DNA of 43,757 nt, taken from Octopus bimaculoides (Eukaryota). Below are positions 37,709 to 43,757 of this stretch, in pieces. A program made the position numbers and the translations under genes. The notes below the pieces were generated by a model. The model had not been told where the DNA came from and did not search any database. It worked only from the letters and a program-made list of their open reading frames with translations. Where the stretch lies: assembly GCF_001194135.2 (NCBI RefSeq), contig NC_068983.1, positions 130,599,879 through 130,643,635 of the forward strand, read 5' to 3'. Position 1 is the stretch's first letter. Each line of letters begins with the position of its first letter.

Positions 37709-38145
37709 TATCTCTTTTACTCTTTTTCTTTTTACTCTTTTACTTGTTTCGGTCATTTGATTGCGGCCATGCTGGAGCACCACCTTTAATCGAGCAAATC
37801 GACACTAGGACTTATTCTTTGTTAGCCTAGTACTTATTCTATCGGTCTCTTTTGCCGAACCGCTTAGTTACGGGGACGTAAACACACTACCATCGGTTGT
37901 AAACCGATGTTTGGGGAGGGACAAACACAGTCACAGAAACATATACACACACACATACACATATTTATATATACATATATACGACGGGCTTCTTTCAGTT
38001 TCTGTCAACCAAATCCACTCAAAAGGGTTTAATCTGCCCCAGGCCATAGTAGAAGATACGTGCCCAAGATGCCACGCAGTGGGAATGAACCCAGAACCAT
38101 GTGAATGGTAAGCAAGCTACTTCCTACACAGCCACGCCTGCGCCT
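37709..38145 (-). mobile_element. Near full-length tRNA-derived SINE with internal (AC/AT) microsatellite and (AAAAGAGT)-like tail
   Basis: The minus 5' head 'aggcgcaggcgTGGCTGTGTAGgaagtagcttgcttaccattcacatggttctgGGTTCATTCCCactg' contains A-box-like and B-box-like motifs. The body is shared with three other copies in the window. No TSD is visible. Confidence 0.85.
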
Positions 38146-39350
38146 ATATAAATAGTAGCATTAAATTGTCTCCAATGTGTTCCTTCACTTTCATTGATCT
38201 ACACTAAATTTTCGGAAAGATTGTCAGATTTGAAATTGTTCATCTGTATCATCACTAATTTTATATATTTTCTTTCAAAATGCTAAGAATTATGCATAAT
38301 GCTTCAGACTTTACTTGCATCTCAGAAATTCTTTAAGTTTCACCAAATATTTTCGTCCATGCCCTTTATATATTAAAATGTTGCATTTCGCCGATGATAT
38401 CCCAGTTGTTTTCAGAAATTCAGTTGATAGCTTCCATTTCATTCCAGTTGAAATAAAAAGAACTACCTTCATGACACCCTGATTGTTGTTTAGTTTCAGA
38501 TGTATCATCTGAAATCACTTTGGATGAAGATAATACAAAGTATGTGGTAATCTCTTGCGATATATCTGAATATTATTAAACGTTTATGAGCAGGAATTAT
38601 ATCAGACTAAAGAAGTATTTTGAAAAATGATTTGGAAGTGTTTTCTTCTTTGTTTTTTTTTTTAACAAACTTCTCCGGAAAATTGAAAGGGTAAAATCAT
38701 AAATTTTCTTGTCACTCCCACACATTCAACAGGAGTCATCAATTTTAGAATCAAAATATCTGATCGAAAATAAGAATAAACATTTCTACAATTTGAACTT
38801 TGGCTTAAACGCTATTTAAGTTTGGATTCGCATGTCATTGGCACTACAAGGCAATTTATGGATGAGCCTTGAGCAAAGACGTTCAATAATGTAAATTCAA
38901 ATTTACAAAAATAAATTTTCAAATCTCACTATCACTGAGTGAAACTTCTTTAGCCTTTGGGTCTTGTTTATTTAAGCAGCAATAACTTCTAGAATAATAT
39001 TCTACACATTGCATTTCATTATTTCGTTGAAACAACGTTCAAAACATGAGCAAATGTCAAGGATAAACATCCTTCGTATACTAAGTTAAATAATGGACAA
39101 TTTTATTTTGAACATAACATTCAAATGCATGCGTTTACGAGATTTACATTTCTATAAAGTTTATAATGTCTCACATGATTTGTGAGGATTAAATTCTTCG
39201 ATATCTAATGATAGTGCTACAATGACACTACTATTGGGTAACGAAACTCAATAAAGCAGTTTTTATAATATTTCTCGAGAAACTAATCTTTTGGATCTTA
39301 TATTATGTAGAAAATTGAAAGAAGGCAGTTCGAATCATCATTCATATATT

Positions 39351-39452
39351 TAGCCGACCATGAGCCGTTCCAGCAGTCACCACTGACGATGCTTCCGGTA
39401 TGGGCGAAACAAGACCTGGTCTGGTGATCCTCGAGAAGGCCATGGGTGGTTA
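39351..39452 (+). ncRNA. Type I hammerhead ribozyme with a long stem I
   Basis: gtcacca-CTGACGA-t-GCTT-ccggtat-GGGC-GAAA-caag-ac-ctgg-TC/tggtgat. The core is at 39383-39389, GAAA at 39406-39409 and the GUC site ends at 39421. The 7-bp proximal stem I continues with gccgttc/gaaggc and tagccgaccatg/catgggtggtta. Confidence 0.8.
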
Positions 39453-39589
39453 CCTCCCCTGCTATTATAAGTATATATGTTCACTCTTCTTACAAAAATT
39501 AGAGCATATGAACTCTTATTGTAGCAATGTAGGTGCTTCAACAACCTTAGTCACACTTAGTAACGATTGAATTTTTCCTTTACGGTATC

Positions 39590-40065
39590 ATTTGCGTATT
39601 TTCAAAGCGGCTAATTTGCATGAATTAATAAATAGAAAACAAAAGGTGTTTCTTTCGTGCGAGAAATGACTTTCGCTATAAATATATGCGTGTGTGGGGT
39701 GGGGGTGGAGGTGCATGTGTCGACTTTTGTTATAATACATATGTACATTGTATGTTGAGTATCTATTGTAGCTTCGATTGCTGGAAGCATTCAAAGGCGC
39801 TTGAAGTCACGGCAGTACAACGTCCAAGTCTCATAACCGTAGAGTTGCCAGGACAATGGCACGGAAGACCATGATCTTTGTTTCCGATGGCCAGCGCGTG
39901 ATTGAATAATAGACGATGGCTGGTTCTGCCGAAGGCGGATTGGGCCGCCCTAATCCAGTTCTCCACATCCTTTTCAGGCGTGCGGTTCTTCAAAAGGATA
40001 TTTCCAAGGTATCTGAAGTGTTCAACTTCTAGGGGTTGGCGGTTGATGCTAATAGATTTATACAT
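39590..40065 (-). mobile_element. RTE(-BovB-like) RT fragment
   Basis: ISINRQPLEVEHFRYLGNIL...EKDVENWIRAAQSAFGR matches RTE I.G..LE.V..F.YLGS.....D.E+..RI..A..AFG.L. Confidence 0.8.
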
Positions 40066-40467
40066 ATATATATAGTAAACTTACTATATCTATATATAGT
40101 AAATTCCGTATCCCTCCCCAAATTACCCCATGTGCGTCACGAATAGTCCCGCAGAAAGGATTGCAGTTTAACTATCCAGGAGTAGATTATCAATATAGAT
40201 ATAGGGCAGTGAATTGTCAATTAATTAATAAGTTAGTAATTAAAAATGTTGCCAAGTAGTTCAGTATGCAAAAATCCTTTATCGGTAAAACATTTATAAT
40301 TATAAACGTAATATGGGGATCAGCAAAGGTTGCTTCACCAACATACTGAAACATTTAGAAATAGCAGTTAAAACTACTAATTCAAACTACAATTAAGTCT
40401 CCAACGGATAGCGGTATTCATGGCTCATATAGAATAAAAGAGGGAAAACAAACAAAACAAACCTGCC

Positions 40468-40544
40468 TTTAGTTAATCATGTACGACGTTTCGTGTTTAG
40501 AATTTTATAAAAATTCATTTCACTCTTCAGCATGATATTCTAAA
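40468..40544 (-). ncRNA. Minimal type I hammerhead ribozyme
   Basis: Minus: tttag-aat-ATCATG-CTGAAGA-GTG-aaat-GAATTTT-tat-AAAATTC-taaa-CAC-GAAA-C-gtc-G-TA/CATGAT-taa-ctaaa. The core is intact, stem II has 3+7 bp, stem III has 2 bp and stem I has 6+5 bp. Predicted cleavage is between 40482 and 40481. Confidence 0.75.
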
Positions 40545-40549
40545 TTATA

Positions 40550-41320
40550 AATCTGAAAATGCTAATAAACCCATGTACGTTTGACCATGTGACATCAAAT
40601 ATCACATAAGAAAAATCAGCATCTCCAAATTTACGGATACGGAATTTACTAGTTGATATATACAAAGGAAATACGCCCAATTGAGTGTGTATTAATTTTT
40701 CTGAGATGCCAGATTTTCTCACTATTATTACATGTGTAACTTTCAGGGAAATCAGTATAGAGTGGACCTGTCATGTGTGTGGATAACATGTTCAATATCA
40801 TCATTGTCATTAAAGTAAATGTACTGCTGTTGGGGTAACTGAACTGTAAGAGGTTGCACTGCAGGAGACGAAACATGTAATTTGAACCCTAAAATTCTCC
40901 ATACTGTCTCTGATGAGGATACATAGTGGCCATTGATATAAGTTTCAATTTCATCGTTGGATGTTTCTTGTGCTTTGAATTGGCCACTAATATTGACTGA
41001 CATCCGATCATGACATTTATGAATATATTTGCCAATATATTTAAATGATTTTACAGATGCACATACCTCTAAAAAGATGGGAGAAAACCGTACTACTGGA
41101 CGATTATCTAATTCAGCATTAGATTTTGTAATTGTAAAACCATTATTTCGACGTCCGTAAAGTGGCTAACCATTATAAATGTGTAATGTATTTTCCTGGA
41201 AGACTTTAGGGAAATGTTTTTTACACTCTACATATTGCATCGGGTTTATCGCTTCCACATAGACCATGTAGCATGCCTTTGATGACATGCAGCCCAGGGT
41301 TTCGTGCATGAGATACATAT
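40550..41320 (-). mobile_element. Helitron Rep/helicase fragment
   Basis: GMLHGLCG; KKHFPKVFQENT...PLYGRR; DNRPVVRFSP; EVCASVKSFKYIGKY; DEIETYINGHYVSSSETVWRILGFKLHVSSPAVQPLTVQLP; LYTDFPESYT; IGRI. These are Helitron Rep-region motifs. Confidence 0.85.
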
Positions 41321-42061
41321 CAGATCTACTTCAACATAAAAGAAACCGTTGTCTTATGTATATCGAAAAATGACGTCGGAAATTCAATTAATTTGAGCAA
41401 AGACGCATTTTTCAAAATGCGGATAAGGAAAAAAAAAAACACTCCTAATAGTCAAACATTCATTCGAGGTCCTTAAGCACTTCAAAAGGTATGAGGAGAG
41501 GGTGATTTTGCTGGTATTTCTAAAATGCTGAGTGAACATATAGATGTGATGCATCAGCCTAAAATGTAAAAATTAAAAACAGAGACCTAGAAGATGAAAT
41601 ATTACGAAGAAGTTATTAACAGAACGTGAATTTTATATTAGAAAACCATGATGAATTAATAAGATATATTAACTGAGAAAATAGCACACAACTAAATATA
41701 AGCTTTAATAAAAAGAATACTCGATACGGAGGAACGATAAAAACAAAATATTAGTAGTATTAACGAAACAGGGAGTAAACACTATGCAATGAAAATTTTT
41801 AGATGTCTGATATCACAAATGCAAATCAAATTGTATGAATAGATCGTAAGACTGATCCACGAAGTAAGAATTTCAAATGACGTAATTTTCGTCTTCTGAC
41901 ATGCGCATAAGCATATACTCTGGTCTGGAAAACACTATAACCGGATAATATGCATCACTGGACATGCGTATCAGACATACAGAGAAACACCTTTTCTGTT
42001 AAACATATTACTAATGATCCAATATATGTATACATAGAGGGGGGGGGAAGTAAGAGGGATA

Positions 42062-42143
42062 GATACATACATACATACATACATACATACATACATACAT
42101 ACAACCATACATAGACAGACACTCAAACAGACAGATAGCTGGG

Positions 42144-42220
<77 letters not shown>
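42062..42220. repeat. (TACA)n / (GACA) / (GATA)n tetranucleotide repeats
   Basis: Directly visible. Confidence 0.97.
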
Positions 42221-42689
42221 TATTGCATGCGAGACAGCGGCCAGATGTCACCTTGAATTTAAAGATTCAAGGAAATTTAATTTGCAAAATGAGCGGTGTA
42301 GCATATAAAACGATTTGTTATATTTTGAGTGTGCAAAGATTTTCGGAAGCTTACATTTGACCGATAGAGAACGTGCTGCAATTACTATGTTAGTTTATGA
42401 GCTGTGTAACTTAATTAACATGAAGACTATTCTAACATTATAACATTATGTGGTTTTATGAAGTTATAACAATTTGGAAAAAAACTACTGAAGTCATAAA
42501 AATAATCTTGAATTAGTGAAGTCCACTTTCGTTCAATTGTCAGAAAGTTTATTAGGTTATACGAAGTTTCAGGAAATTCAAGAATCACAAGAAATTATAT
42601 GAATAATTTGATATTTCACTGGATTAATTCAGATGAATACTGATTGGCAGAACATTCGTTGGTAATGTTCATCATAGAACAGAAACGCT

Positions 42690-42960
42690 GACGACAAAAT
42701 TGTATCTATCGTGATAATATTCTGGAGTGTGGCTAGAGTGCCATGCTATAGTTAGAATTTAAATGACATAGCATTTGATGAGATGGGAAATGTAGAGCTG
42801 TATTTGTACATATTACGAGATTTACCCAAGATTATAACAACCTATTGTAGAGCAAAGGGCCTCAGTTTATAAATCATGATGTAAAGGATCAATAGAATCA
42901 CATACATAAAAGAAGACAAATATGTAATAAAAATATATCATAGAGGTGCAGAAGTACAAT
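42690..42960 (+). mobile_element. Possible L2/Jockey-type RT remnant
   Basis: DGKCRAVFVHITRFTQDYNNLL*SKG loosely resembles G....AVF.D..KAFD.V.H..LL.KL...G. Confidence 0.2.
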
Positions 42961-42989
42961 TTCATAGTAGTTATAGGGTCCAGTGTCAG

Positions 42990-43640
42990 AGGTTATGGAG
43001 ATGGAACATTTTGATTTGCGACAGTAAAGATGCCTACATAGAGTCCAGCAATAATATCTGCACATTCTTTGGGATTGTCAGTAATCTGGCCTGTGTGGGG
43101 ATTGCGAAGGGGACCAGCTGGAGAGTGAGGACTCTGCTTTGAATGTACACACTTCCAGAATACTTTGTTGTCAGGGCTGGTTGCTATGCTCTGTTCAAAT
43201 TCGAGCACTGCCTTTTTAGTCACCCACTTGAGATGGTTGGATGATCTATTGTGCTTTTTCCTGTTGCTCTCTGATTTGTGCATTTTGTATTCCTCTTCAG
43301 CATTATGGCGTCCTTTCCTGGCAAGTCGAACTGCTGCAGTCTCCCAAATTGCACTATGGGTGGTTCTTTGTGCTTGCGTGGTACCGATGCTGCATATGCT
43401 GTCCATATTGAATTCAGAATGTTCTGAAATATAGTGTTCACATCTCCATAGACATTAAACTAGAGCGAGTTTGGGCGTCGAAGCTCGGTACAATAAAAGT
43501 CTCAGTCTGCTTTATTCCAGTCAAAGCGCGCAGTTTGAAGATGGTTGTGGTTTCTGTTACAACTAATCAGAGACACGTCGGCCATGATCATGGAATGATC
43601 AGAGTCACATAAAGGTTCTTCAGTAGTGACACTAATAATT
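42990..43640 (-). mobile_element. CR1-type LINE ORF2 fragment (endonuclease end and linker)
   Basis: EEPLCDSDHSMI...FDWNKAD; then EFEQSIATSPDNKVFWKCVHSK...ITDNPKECADIIAGLYVGIFT (cf. N.K.FWKYV.SK; KA..LN..F.SVFT). Confidence 0.8.
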
Positions 43641-43684
43641 GTTTCGTGACTTAATGTGATTGAATATAAAACATACACATACAT

Positions 43685-43689
43685 TCAAA

Positions 43690-43732
<43 letters not shown>

Positions 43733-43757
43733 CATACATACATACATATATATATAT
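43685..43757. repeat. (AC)n/(TACA)/(AT) microsatellite at the window end
   Basis: Directly visible. Confidence 0.95.

Noticed and set aside
38150-39300. Possible transposase-like coding remnant on the minus strand
   Set aside because: No ordered set of motifs could be assigned to any family.

Overview
AT-rich eukaryotic DNA with seven assembly gaps and many microsatellites. The SINE families resemble those I recall from octopus genomes, so the organism call is an inference. I found no intact protein-coding gene, tRNA, rRNA or CRISPR array. The long ORFs in the supplied track are artefacts of N-gaps and simple repeats. The window is a mosaic of decayed mobile elements: three Penelope-like (PLE) fragments, two R4/Dong-type LINE fragments, a HERO-like LINE 3' end, several RTE and CR1/L2 pieces, a Helitron Rep fragment, probable hAT and piggyBac remnants, and tRNA-derived SINEs. 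There is also a possible decayed class A GPCR pseudogene (~1.5-2.6 kb, minus). The most notable signal is RNA-level. Two type I hammerhead ribozyme motifs keep the catalytic consensus and their helices (39351-39452 plus; 40468-40544 minus). A third differs by one core substitution (29511-29563). More eroded copies lie beside Penelope ends. A ~100-bp foldback with an extra tandem copy sits at 16597-16932. All protein-family calls come from motifs I recognised by eye, not from database searches.
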